Below are positions 29,946 through 39,156 of a stretch of DNA of 64,000 nt, one piece after another; positions within the stretch are counted from its first letter, which is position 1; each line of letters starts with the position of its first letter. Under the pieces are notes generated by a model that was given only the letters and a program-made list of their open reading frames with translations, made no database searches and had not been told where the DNA came from. A program made the position numbers and the translations under genes. The DNA is from a virus (lineage: Duplodnaviria; Caudoviricetes). The stretch is taken from IMG/VR virus record IMGVR_UViG_3300035501_001483. One strand, written 5' to 3'.

Positions 29946-30815
29946 ATGGCACTCCAGACAATTCAGAGCAATCTGAAGACCAATACGAAGGATTATAACA
30001 AGTTTAGTTATTTCCTTCAGGGCATCGATGTTACCCAGCAGAACCTGTCCGGATTTGATCCGTACATTCAGGGTACATCTCGTATCTTCATGTATACGCC
30101 TCCCTTCTTCATGACGGAAGGCTTCCCGGAGCAGACTCGCGTCTTCAAGTCCATCATCGAGACGGGCTACACCCGTGTGGACGGCATTGCCGACCTGACG
30201 GTGGACTTCGTGGAGTTCGAAGGCGGCTTTGCCGGCCAGAAGTTCTCCAACGTGTCTCTGGTCCGTGACGATACGGATACCTTCACCATCACGGTGTATG
30301 AGCAGAGCGGTTCTCCCGTTCGTGAGTTCCTCGACACCTGGGTGACTGGCGTCCGCGATCCTCGGTCCGGCGTTGCCACTTACCATGGCATCATGCTGGA
30401 GCACGGCGAGGAGTATCCCGCTGCTACGACCGTGAATGCGGCCGGTCAGACCGTTGCCAAGGTTCCCTATGGTGAGAAGTATCACACCGCAGAGTTCATC
30501 TACTACGATCTGACGCCCAACATGCAGGACCTCGAGTATGCTTGCATGCTCGCTCACTGCTTCCCGACAAAGGTTCCCAAGAGCCACCTCAACTACGAGC
30601 ATGGTGTCCGCGACAACGTCAGCCTCGACTGCGAGTTCCGTGTCACCAAGTACGAGTCCAGCTACATCAACCAGATCGCCGAATGGTATCGCCAGGTGGA
30701 CAAGCTGAAGTTCAGCTATCTGAACTTCGATCCCGGCATCACCCAGGACGAGGTCAACTCCAGCTATCAGCTGCAGCTTGATGGATCTGGTTCCGGCATT
30801 GCTTCGGAGGACTAA
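29946..30815 (+). CDS. Tail tube protein
   Basis: Follows the sheath; YEQSGSPVREFLDTWVTGVRDPRSG and FPT motifs of jumbo-phage tubes. Confidence 0.85.
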   Translation: MALQTIQSNLKTNTKDYNKFSYFLQGIDVTQQNLSGFDPYIQGTSRIFMYTPPFFMTEGFPEQTRVFKSIIETGYTRVDGIADLTVDFVEFEGGFAGQKFSNVSLVRDDTDTFTITVYEQSGSPVREFLDTWVTGVRDPRSGVATYHGIMLEHGEEYPAATTVNAAGQTVAKVPYGEKYHTAEFIYYDLTPNMQDLEYACMLAHCFPTKVPKSHLNYEHGVRDNVSLDCEFRVTKYESSYINQIAEWYRQVDKLKFSYLNFDPGITQDEVNSSYQLQLDGSGSGIASED

Positions 30816-30878
30816 GGCTCAGTGGTTTCACCCATGTGATCTCCTTTATCGGTTAACATATACGCTCCTTAGCACAAA

Positions 30879-30914
30879 GAGAAGGCTACTACCAGAGATG
30901 GTAGTAGCCTTCTC
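30879..30914. terminator. Terminator (CTACTACC family)
   Basis: gagaaggctactacca-gaga-tggtagtagccttctc. Confidence 0.75.
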
Positions 30915-31021
30915 AATGCTCTTATGAGAGAAGTGTAGTTCTTCACACGAAGATATGATAGATTTAGATTGAGGGTCGGACACTCTCAATAAAATTTAGG
31001 GTAAGAAAGGTGAGGTAAAAA

Positions 31022-34000
31022 ATGATTAGCATAGACTACAAGGGACACCCTAAGAAACCCTTCAAGCAACTGCTACACGAGTACACCAACACATACCTCA
31101 TCCTGGATGACGTGCTTGCTAGTGAGGAGAGCTATAGCTACGTCTACCAGGATATTCTAGACATTCTCAAGTACGGTCTAGAGAAGAAGAACATTCGTGA
31201 ACTCCCCATTCGTTTCAAGATCCATGATGAAGACCCTGGTGATGTGGAGCATCTGCATACCTTGCAATGCCGGCATTTCTTGTCCAACCTTGTCATGTGG
31301 TATGCCTTCATGAAGATGGAGCGCGTCGACGTGATGGACGAGTCTTACATCATTGACTGGGTTGGCAAAGATGTGAAATACATTGCGCACTACATCGACG
31401 AGATGATTATCCCCAACTACTTTGGCGATTTCCACAGTCTCAACGCCATCGTGGATGAGATCATCTTCCACATCAAAGCCATCTCCGACGCATTCTGTCT
31501 CATCTTCGGCTACAGTGCCTCCATCTGGGACATCATGCAAGCGGAGCGTGCAGACCCCGAGATTCACGATATCATCTATGGCAATATCGATCTGAATATG
31601 CAGCCCAAGGAACTTGAGGAATACCTCAAGGACCTCAATGAGCGTCTGATGGATCGCTTTGCCCATAGTGACAGCGACTTGCGGCCGTTGCTTCTCTCTG
31701 GCAAGAACATCTCTGCCAACCAGTTCAAGGAGATCTTCCTGAAGATTGGCTTGAAAGCAGATATGTCCAACCGCACCATTCCATGGTACATCAACAGCAA
31801 TTTGCTCATCACGGGCATCGACACGCCCGCAGGATTCTACATCTTGGCAGGATCGGGTCGTAAAGCCCTGATGGACTCCAAACTGCTGATGTCCAAACCT
31901 GGCGCTCTCTCCAAGAAAATGAATCACAGTGCTACCGCAATCATTCTTCGTAAGGATCACGAGCACTGCGATTCCACTCGTCCTGTGTATTATTACATCA
32001 AGGACGAGGACTTCCTGAAAGCGCTGGACAAGAGATGGTACTACGATGAACGTGGTAGCCTCCATCTCCTCAACTATAAGACCGATAAGGATCTGATCGG
32101 TAAGACCCTGGGCTTCAGATCCCCGTGCACATGCAGCTCCAAGGATGGCGTCTGCGAACTGTGCTACGGCACATTATTTGACATTAACGATGACCTGTTT
32201 TCACAGGGCTCGTTGGCGGCTAAACTTACCCTCGGCAGCAATGCTGACAAGTTTCAATACTTGGTGGTCGCCTAAAACCGCTTGAACTGCGGGGAGGTCT
32301 CGATAAAGACATTCAAATTACCAAGCCAGTGTGGTGACATGCTGGTGGCAAAGGGCAACGCCGGAGATATGGTAACAAGATTTGGATGAGGGATGATCCG
32401 CAACTAAGGGACTGCTAGCCAAAATCATCGGGCAGTTTAAAGCTCAACGGCTATCGAAACGGTAACTGGGACGGTGACGCCTCAGGTAGAACGGAGTAGA
32501 GTAGGGGTTTATTTTGAGTACGTTATCTCGTGAGCTATTTCTACTAGCAAGGCTCCTTTTAAAATGTTAAACTGAGCCATTGGTTCATCAAGTTAACGTA
32601 GAATTCTATTGGTATGAATATAATTCCAGTAAATACTTTCAGATTAGCAATGTTCTGATTATATGGAGGAATTTAATATGAATATCAATGAAGAAAACAC
32701 TTTCTATCTGATGTACGGTACGTCCGCATACTACATCACGACGGACTGCCGTATCTTTGGAACGAAGGAAGACCAGATCGTTCTGAATCCTTGGATTCAG
32801 AGAGTAAATCCTGAGCGCAAGTTCAGATTTACTGATACTCGGTATTCGACTGAACTTTCTCTCACCGAATTCATGGCATACACATTCTACGGCAAAACAG
32901 CAGCACGCGTCGCACTGCGTTACCAGGACGACGTACCTACCCTAGACAATATTATTCATATCGACCGGCCGCAATTCAAGATCCCGAACGACCGCACGTT
33001 GGTCGTATGCGCTGGCGAAGAGTATCGTAGATGCATCACAAATCCCCGTGCGAATGAGGCATTCTACATCAATCGTTATGGTGCAGTCATCCGGTCTCAC
33101 GTTCGTCGAGCTGTAACAGAGTTCGAGTTCGTGCAATGGAAATATATCAATGGGTATCCGTACGTCTTCAGTCGCACTGTGCATCTTCTCGTATGGAAAG
33201 CATGGGGTGATGTAGAGCGCAGCGAAGAAACTGACGTGCATCATTCCGATGAGTGCCGCTGGAACGCCGATATTGACAACCTGCAGCTGCTTACGAAATC
33301 TGAGCATCGTCGTGTTCATGGTGGTACCAATGCTGGTAAAGCCGGAAAATACGATGAAGCAACGATTCGCCATGTATGCGAGATGATTGAGGCAGATGCG
33401 CACATCGATGACATCATCCAGTATCTCACTGATGGTGCGCAAGATAAGCGTAATGCCGCACGTTGCATGGTACAGCGTGTTCTCAAGGGTGGATATCCTG
33501 ATGTCACATGTGACTACGACTTCTCGAATTATCGGAAGTTCAAGGGAATCGTATTTGACGAGAGCGTCATTCGTGAGGCATGCGAGATGTTGTCGAGCAA
33601 CACGCCGTATAGTGACTTGGATATCACTGCCGCTACTGGATTGAACCCTGCCTACATTGGGCAAATTCGGCACGGCAATGTGACCAATGCAGCGATTGCA
33701 GATATCGTCAAGGAGTACAAGGATAAGATTCACTGCGAAGTTCGCAAAGATGGAAAATTCAAGCCCCATCTCAGCGACCTTGATGTGCAAGAGATTCTTT
33801 CTCTTTGCATGCGTAGTAATCTCTGCAATAATGAAATTGGTGATCGTTATGGTGTATCATCTTCCACCATTTGTGGAATTCGACTTGGAGACTGCCAGGC
33901 ATACAATCATATGATTCACGGCGAGTGCCCGTGCATCTTTACGCCTAGCGAGAGAAAGTATAAAACCAGCATACTGATCGTCGATGAGAACGATCCTCGT

Positions 34001-35013
34001 GTCATTAGCCTTCGTGATGAGTATTACTCAAGATAAGCTTCCCAAGTGAGCGGCATTTAGGCGCATCTCTATAGGCCTTTGTATCGTCTATAGAGATGCT
34101 CTATTTGAAGATATAGTCTAAGTTTCTAGGAATAGGGGTAAATTCCTAGTAGGTATCTCCTACAATAAATTAAAGTCTTGAAATTTATCGGAGAACCATT
34201 GACTTAACCAAGTCATCAGAACCTTACTCACAAGGTCTTTTAGGTCAAAAGCACTCCCAGTTTACTACGTCGGACGAGATTAAGTTCGATGAAGATTTCT
34301 ATAAGAGCTTTGATATCGTCAATACTGAAGTTACAATGAGTGACTCTGTGGAAGACGGTCTTATGCTCCAGCTCGGCCCTGTCCAGGTTGAGGAAACCGA
34401 TGATGGGGATGTCTACTATGTTGAGTATTTCGACCTGGTGGACTACAACGGTGAACTGAAAGCTCATGTCGAAGAAGAGCATAAGTTCAACCTCTATTTG
34501 TCCAAGGAAATGGAAGCTGCATGGAAGCAGTTTGGCGATAAACCTATCCCCGTGGACAAATTTGATGACGATGATGATACCACAATCCTTTTCAACATCG
34601 AAATCAAGTCTAAGAGCAATGGTCAAGGCTACACGCGTGTGACCGCGTTGCTCGACTCCAAGGACCACATGGGATACTCTGAGAACATCGATGGTATGTG
34701 CCAAGAGTTCGCGGAGACCATGCTGGATAGCGGCATTAACTACAACTTCGTGCATTATGAAATGATCATTCGCTCCATGATGCGTAAGAAGAGCAACGAG
34801 CTCGAGTATCCTGACTTCGGGCCCAATGGAGACCATAAGGATTACATCATCCTGAGATTGACGAGTTCTCTGAGTAAGAATCCCAGCCCCATGGTGCGGT
34901 TGAGCACTGGCTGGCTCAAGAAGAACCTGATCTCTACGCAGCTGTATAAGGCCCATCGGCCTTCTCATCTCGATGCGCTGTTTGTCCCTGTACTGACAGA
35001 CGTCATCGACTGA
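31022..35013 (+). CDS. Non-virion RNA polymerase beta' C-terminal subunit, two exons (31022-32221 and 34207-35013; 668 aa spliced)
   Basis: Bridge helix GRKALMDSK..SKPGALSKKM; Zn site RSPCTC..GVCELCYG; splicing restores the trigger helix GSLAA|TKSSEPYSQGLLGQKH; VHYEMIIRSM. Confidence 0.9.
32222..34206 (+). mobile_element. Group I intron carrying an HNH homing endonuclease; atypical 3' end
   Basis: P1 GGCGGCT/GGTCGCC; AACTGCGGG, GATCCGCAAC, GCTCAACGGCTA, AAGATATAGTC; P10 ACTTGGT/ACCAAGT. Confidence 0.88.
32663..34036 (+). CDS. HNH homing endonuclease with C-terminal HTH repeats
   Basis: VHLLVWKAW..DVHHSDECRWN..IDNLQLLTKSEH; located inside the intron; GGAGG RBS. Confidence 0.85.
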   Translation: MEEFNMNINEENTFYLMYGTSAYYITTDCRIFGTKEDQIVLNPWIQRVNPERKFRFTDTRYSTELSLTEFMAYTFYGKTAARVALRYQDDVPTLDNIIHIDRPQFKIPNDRTLVVCAGEEYRRCITNPRANEAFYINRYGAVIRSHVRRAVTEFEFVQWKYINGYPYVFSRTVHLLVWKAWGDVERSEETDVHHSDECRWNADIDNLQLLTKSEHRRVHGGTNAGKAGKYDEATIRHVCEMIEADAHIDDIIQYLTDGAQDKRNAARCMVQRVLKGGYPDVTCDYDFSNYRKFKGIVFDESVIREACEMLSSNTPYSDLDITAATGLNPAYIGQIRHGNVTNAAIADIVKEYKDKIHCEVRKDGKFKPHLSDLDVQEILSLCMRSNLCNNEIGDRYGVSSSTICGIRLGDCQAYNHMIHGECPCIFTPSERKYKTSILIVDENDPRVISLRDEYYSR

Positions 35014-35018
35014 GGCCT

Positions 35019-35057
35019 TAAGAGACTACTACCGTGAGGTAGTAGTCTCTTTTTTTT
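35019..35057. terminator. Bidirectional terminator (CTACTACC family)
   Basis: aagagactactacc-gtga-ggtagtagtctcttttt. Confidence 0.85.
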
Positions 35058-35476
35058 TATTTCAGAAATGCGATCGCGATTGGATAGCCGCTCGTTGATA
35101 ATTCATATACCGTTGATCCTGAAGATCCTTGCGAATTATAATATAATCCATATAGTGTGATCTGTGTGCCGCTATATATTCCACATATGGATAAATTGCC
35201 ACTCACACCAACCCCATATGAGATGGTTGCGGTTGGTAACGTTGTAATGCATGGGAAAATTACATAGTCGCCAGCTGTTCTAATCGCTGTAATAAGCGCA
35301 GTTCTTATTGTAGATGATGCAGATATTGATGATATGGATGTCCATGTGACTCCGCTACTCAATGAGTTCTTTAAAGTTACGCCAGATGATGGAACTAATG
35401 AGTAGATCTCGCATGCCTGTCCACCTGTTGCAGCAACTGCTTGTAAATAGCTTTGAATAGTTAATCCATCTGCCAT
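35057..35476 (-). CDS. Cassette ORF 2: small Ser/Thr/Gly-rich protein, putative adhesin or fibre tip
   Basis: 139 aa; A/T-ending codons; no SD; hairpin leader. Confidence 0.6.
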   Translation of the reverse strand: MADGLTIQSYLQAVAATGGQACEIYSLVPSSGVTLKNSLSSGVTWTSISSISASSTIRTALITAIRTAGDYVIFPCITTLPTATISYGVGVSGNLSICGIYSGTQITLYGLYYNSQGSSGSTVYELSTSGYPIAIAFLK

Positions 35477-35659
35477 GATTTGTAAATTTGGCGCGGGCTT
35501 CCCGCGCCAGCTTCGTGTCTTTATATCTTATCGACTCTTCGTCAAATGCAATTCCGGGACTTCCAACACCACGCACTAAGCAGCAATTATCCCCGGATTC
35601 GGTCTTTCGCCAGGCCGTTGCATCCAACTTTAAGCGTCTAAGATATGGTTTTAAGCTTG

Positions 35660-35681
35660 AACAGTCGATCCTTGATCGACT
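35660..35681 (-). repeat. Cassette hairpin, copy 2 (AGTCGATC-AAG-GATCGACT-GTT)
   Basis: Compensatory stem changes relative to copies 1 and 3. Confidence 0.9.
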
Positions 35682-35721
35682 CAAACGAGCAAAAAAAAGA
35701 TGCCGCGAGGGCATCTTCTTT

Positions 35722-36600
35722 TTAAACCATTTGCAAAGCCGCCAGCAACGTGTAGATAGTCACGTACGTCGTCCCATTCTTCAGCACTTCCTGAGAGATC
35801 ACATAGTGGAATCGCCCGCCAGATGTATCAATGTCAGGCTGGTCTACCTTGGCGATGGAGAAGATCTGGTCATTGCTCTTCAGGCCAGGGAAGAGATGCT
35901 TGGTGACTGCCACTCTATCCCCATCCAGCGTCACAAACTCTGTGATGTCGTTGTCCAGCATGTCCTGAATGATCTCGCTCTCGATTTGCCGGAACTTCAG
36001 TCCTCTATTCATATACCCAACCAGGTACTGATAGGATGGATCATAGATGAGACTTTGCAACGCCTGCATGTAAGCATCTTCGCCGTCTCGTTTGCGGTTA
36101 GGCAGCTGCAGGAATGGAATCACCAGTTCGTCCTTTGCTGCGGTCTTATCCTCCCGCAGAATTAACGACTGGTTATATAGATCACCATTGCGTTCGCCCA
36201 TGATCACCAACGGCTCCAACTTCGTCTTGTGGAACTCTTTCAGCTTGTCCGCTACTTCCACGGGATTGATCAGGAGCCCTCGCCAGCCAGACAGGTCGTA
36301 TTGGTACTTACCCTTCTCATCAACGAAGGGCGTTACATACATGATGCGCTCCAGATACGGCACGGATGACCGCCCAGCCAAGATATAGCAGCTGGGATGT
36401 TCTGGATTGGTAGGGTCTACGTAGTAGGGCGGAGTCATCGTGCGCATCATAGACGATAACTCCGTGTTTCGATCGATGTCAATGTAGTACAGGTCAAACA
36501 GCTTGGCAGCCATCGTGTTGATTGCTTTCATATCCATAAAGTTCTGAATTACGAAGTCCTCTCTGCTTGACAATTCGGTCGATTTGGGTCTTCTTGCCAT
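35722..36600 (-). CDS. Hypothetical protein
   Basis: 292-aa ORF with RBS and ATATCAT upstream. Confidence 0.7.
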   Translation of the reverse strand: MARRPKSTELSSREDFVIQNFMDMKAINTMAAKLFDLYYIDIDRNTELSSMMRTMTPPYYVDPTNPEHPSCYILAGRSSVPYLERIMYVTPFVDEKGKYQYDLSGWRGLLINPVEVADKLKEFHKTKLEPLVIMGERNGDLYNQSLILREDKTAAKDELVIPFLQLPNRKRDGEDAYMQALQSLIYDPSYQYLVGYMNRGLKFRQIESEIIQDMLDNDITEFVTLDGDRVAVTKHLFPGLKSNDQIFSIAKVDQPDIDTSGGRFHYVISQEVLKNGTTYVTIYTLLAALQMV

Positions 36601-36636
36601 TCAATCACGTCCTTTCTTCATATCAATGATATTTGA

Positions 36637-37209
36637 TCAAGGATACGTGAGGAATGCCTTGGGATTGTGGAGTCTCAATGCGCTGATGAACTCCGCGAAA
36701 TCGTCGTTGATGCTGTCAGCTTCAGCCTCGGTGCAGTACCGGGCAATAACTGCGGCAGCGGTGGGGCCAAGCGCGTCGAGATGAATGATGGTGTACTCTT
36801 CGCCGGGTTTGTACCATGCATCCATTCTGACCTTTTCAGGGTCAGACAGAACGCCAAGGATATGTCTATCACGCAAATAGGGAGGCAGAATATCGTCATG
36901 CATGATGAAGTACTTTCCAATGTACTCTGAGACATCAATCTCAATCAGAACATTGGGCTGGTTTTTCTTGAAGCGACTCAGCACCAGCGCGTTAGACATG
37001 AATGACCAGTACTCTGTGGCCAAACTGACGTCCAAGCCCTCAAGCGGATTACGCTGAGGGACTTTTATAGTGCCATACTCATTGGGACCGACTTTGACAA
37101 TCTTCGCATGATCGCCGACGTCCACCCCAACGTTCGTTCCTTCCACTTTAACAGTGACGGAGTCGCCACGGGGCTCTGTCTCGAACGTGAAATCAGAAAT
37201 GTTACTCAT
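36637..37209 (-). CDS. Hypothetical protein
   Basis: GGAGG RBS; overlaps the upstream stop. Confidence 0.65.
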   Translation of the reverse strand: MSNISDFTFETEPRGDSVTVKVEGTNVGVDVGDHAKIVKVGPNEYGTIKVPQRNPLEGLDVSLATEYWSFMSNALVLSRFKKNQPNVLIEIDVSEYIGKYFIMHDDILPPYLRDRHILGVLSDPEKVRMDAWYKPGEEYTIIHLDALGPTAAAVIARYCTEAEADSINDDFAEFISALRLHNPKAFLTYP

Positions 37210-37781
37210 CGAATGATCCTCCCTTGGCATGCCGGCAGCAGAAATGCATCGGGGTGCGCCTCGATAAAGAGTTCAATCATATCGGACAGGACGTCGGCGT
37301 ACTCCATGGCCGTGTCTTTCGTCATATATCGATTTACGAGGATACCACATTCCTTTCCAATGATGGGAAGAGGAATCACTGTGAATGTCTCATACAGGAA
37401 GCCATCCAGCGGTTCCGTAGCATCCCGGAAGAAAACGCAGACCGCGCCAAGCCTGCATGATGATGGCAGATATTCAGGTCGTATGAATACGGGATGGTCG
37501 GTATATTCTGAAATTGAAATACCGATATGTGTCGTCGGATGCACTTTTCTCCACTGATGCATAGAATAGGCGCTGATGATCTCGGACCAGAAGTCAATAG
37601 CTTTCAGAACTTCCACTCCATCTTTGGTGTAGCAGAACGACGGATCCTTGATCTTTTCAGGAGCCTCTTCATGCTCGTCGTTGGTTTCTTTAGCAGCAGC
37701 CTTTGTGTAGGCCATTGCTTTAACCTCTTTCGGGGGTTTGCCAGCTTTGGCCGCTTCTAATTCTTTTTGAAATAAACCCAT
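37206..37781 (-). CDS. Hypothetical protein
   Basis: AAGGAG RBS. Confidence 0.65.
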   Translation of the reverse strand: MGLFQKELEAAKAGKPPKEVKAMAYTKAAAKETNDEHEEAPEKIKDPSFCYTKDGVEVLKAIDFWSEIISAYSMHQWRKVHPTTHIGISISEYTDHPVFIRPEYLPSSCRLGAVCVFFRDATEPLDGFLYETFTVIPLPIIGKECGILVNRYMTKDTAMEYADVLSDMIELFIEAHPDAFLLPACQGRIIR

Positions 37782-37783
37782 GG

Positions 37784-38125
37784 TCAGTTCTCCTTTCGCA
37801 TTTTCTCTAATTCGTACTGGGCTCGTTGCTGTTTCTGGTCAAGAGCCCGATAATATTCAAGGTCCCTGTGTAGGGTCACGGACGCATTATCAACGTCCTT
37901 TCTGGAGTGCCATTCCCTCTCAGACACCAGCAAACATAGGCGTTCCAGGATGCGATATTTGAAACTTTGATTGCGGATCTCTTTTTGAATATCGAAGACA
38001 TCCTGAATCATTTGGCCAATTCCCTTCACGATATATCGCCAGTCATCTTCTGTCAATGGCTCATACTTGGGTGCTGCCGGGACCTCGAAAAGATCGAGGT
38101 CCCAGTATTTGTCATTATTGGGCAT
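37784..38125 (-). CDS. Hypothetical protein
   Basis: GAGGAG RBS. Confidence 0.65.
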   Translation of the reverse strand: MPNNDKYWDLDLFEVPAAPKYEPLTEDDWRYIVKGIGQMIQDVFDIQKEIRNQSFKYRILERLCLLVSEREWHSRKDVDNASVTLHRDLEYYRALDQKQQRAQYELEKMRKEN

Positions 38126-38143
38126 CTGGGCTAAGCTCCTCTC

Positions 38144-38707
38144 TTACGAGAAGTCATCAATGTGCTCCTCAATGTGAGCGAAAATTTGATCGGTAGTGGG
38201 GAGTTTCATGAAGATCTCCATCATCGCCCACCAATGCTTTCCAGTATAGCACTCCATGAAGAAGTCATTGGCATTCATTTTATACTCACGCTGCTCATTC
38301 TTATCGATGAACTGAATTTGGTACTTGGGAATGTCAATGTGCTCCTTGAAGAAGAGCTTACCCACAAACGTCTTGGGAGACAGATTCTGGATAAGCATGA
38401 TGGACGGATACAGAGAAGTCAAGTCCATATCGATCACAAAGTTGTGGATATGCTGCATGAGAGCACCAGCGATATTGAAGCCGGACTGCTTCTGCCGACG
38501 AGGCTCTGCCACATAGGCGCCATCATAGGCTTTGACCCGGCGTCTACCAGTGCCCGTTTTGGTAACGCCATCAGTTTTACTCGCTGTCTTGAAGCGATCG
38601 ATCTTGGTCCGGGTACGACTCATGTGGTTCATACCCGGATTTCTGATGACGTCTAAGCGGGAGCGATAATCTTTTTGCTTCCCGTTGTTATCTTGAATAT
38701 AAGCCAT
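38144..38707 (-). CDS. Family B DNA polymerase fragment (palm motif A)
   Basis: YDGAYVAEP and DMDLTSLYPSIMLIQNLSPKT; own AGGAGG RBS. Confidence 0.88.
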   Translation of the reverse strand: MAYIQDNNGKQKDYRSRLDVIRNPGMNHMSRTRTKIDRFKTASKTDGVTKTGTGRRRVKAYDGAYVAEPRRQKQSGFNIAGALMQHIHNFVIDMDLTSLYPSIMLIQNLSPKTFVGKLFFKEHIDIPKYQIQFIDKNEQREYKMNANDFFMECYTGKHWWAMMEIFMKLPTTDQIFAHIEEHIDDFS

Positions 38708-38710
38708 GAG

Positions 38711-39007
38711 TTAACCTCCTTGGCCCATCAGCTCCGCGCCCATCTCGATACGACCAGCAACTTCCTGGAGCTGCTCAATCTCTTCGGCATCCAGACCATC
38801 GGCACCCAGAATCTGCTGAGCTAAGCTTGAATACTTCTGCTCAACGGTCTCCAGCTGTGCCTTGTCCATGCCGCGAATGGTCGCAAAGATGTCACAAAGC
38901 GCATCGATGATCTTGCGCTTTGCCATTCCGTTGATGTTGCGGGACTGGATGATCAGATTGCTGTAGCCAATGACCTTGGCCGCACATACAAATTGATCAC
39001 TGTTCAT
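38711..39007 (-). CDS. Hypothetical protein
   Basis: AAGGAG RBS. Confidence 0.65.
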   Translation of the reverse strand: MNSDQFVCAAKVIGYSNLIIQSRNINGMAKRKIIDALCDIFATIRGMDKAQLETVEQKYSSLAQQILGADGLDAEEIEQLQEVAGRIEMGAELMGQGG

Positions 39008-39022
39008 ATGCGTTCTCTCCTT

Positions 39023-39139
39023 TCACTTATTGCCGAAATTCTCCTTGATCGTCCAGACCAAGGCCCGGAGCAGATCAACGATCAGACTGACTGTGAGATA
39101 GATCGGAATCAGCTCCAGAAGATACAGAAACACTTTCAT
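39023..39139 (-). CDS. Small membrane peptide (38 aa)
   Basis: MKVFLYLLELIPIYLTVSLIVDLLRALVWTIKENFGNK fills the gap between genes. Confidence 0.45.
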   Translation of the reverse strand: MKVFLYLLELIPIYLTVSLIVDLLRALVWTIKENFGNK

Positions 39140-39156
39140 TACGATGCTACGTGTCA

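Noticed and set aside
34201-34206. G34201 as the intron omega-G
   Set aside because: Gives ACT TAA, an immediate stop out of frame with exon 2; not supported by P10
35355-35714. 119-aa minus-strand ORF across cassette leader 2 (and 35488..36165 +)
   Set aside because: Starts inside a terminator, has no RBS, overlaps cassette ORF 2 out of frame, and has no equivalent in the other leaders
38708-39156. Intron or intein between the DNA polymerase fragments
   Set aside because: No group I/II core motifs; the interval is filled by small ORFs and the downstream fragment has its own RBS
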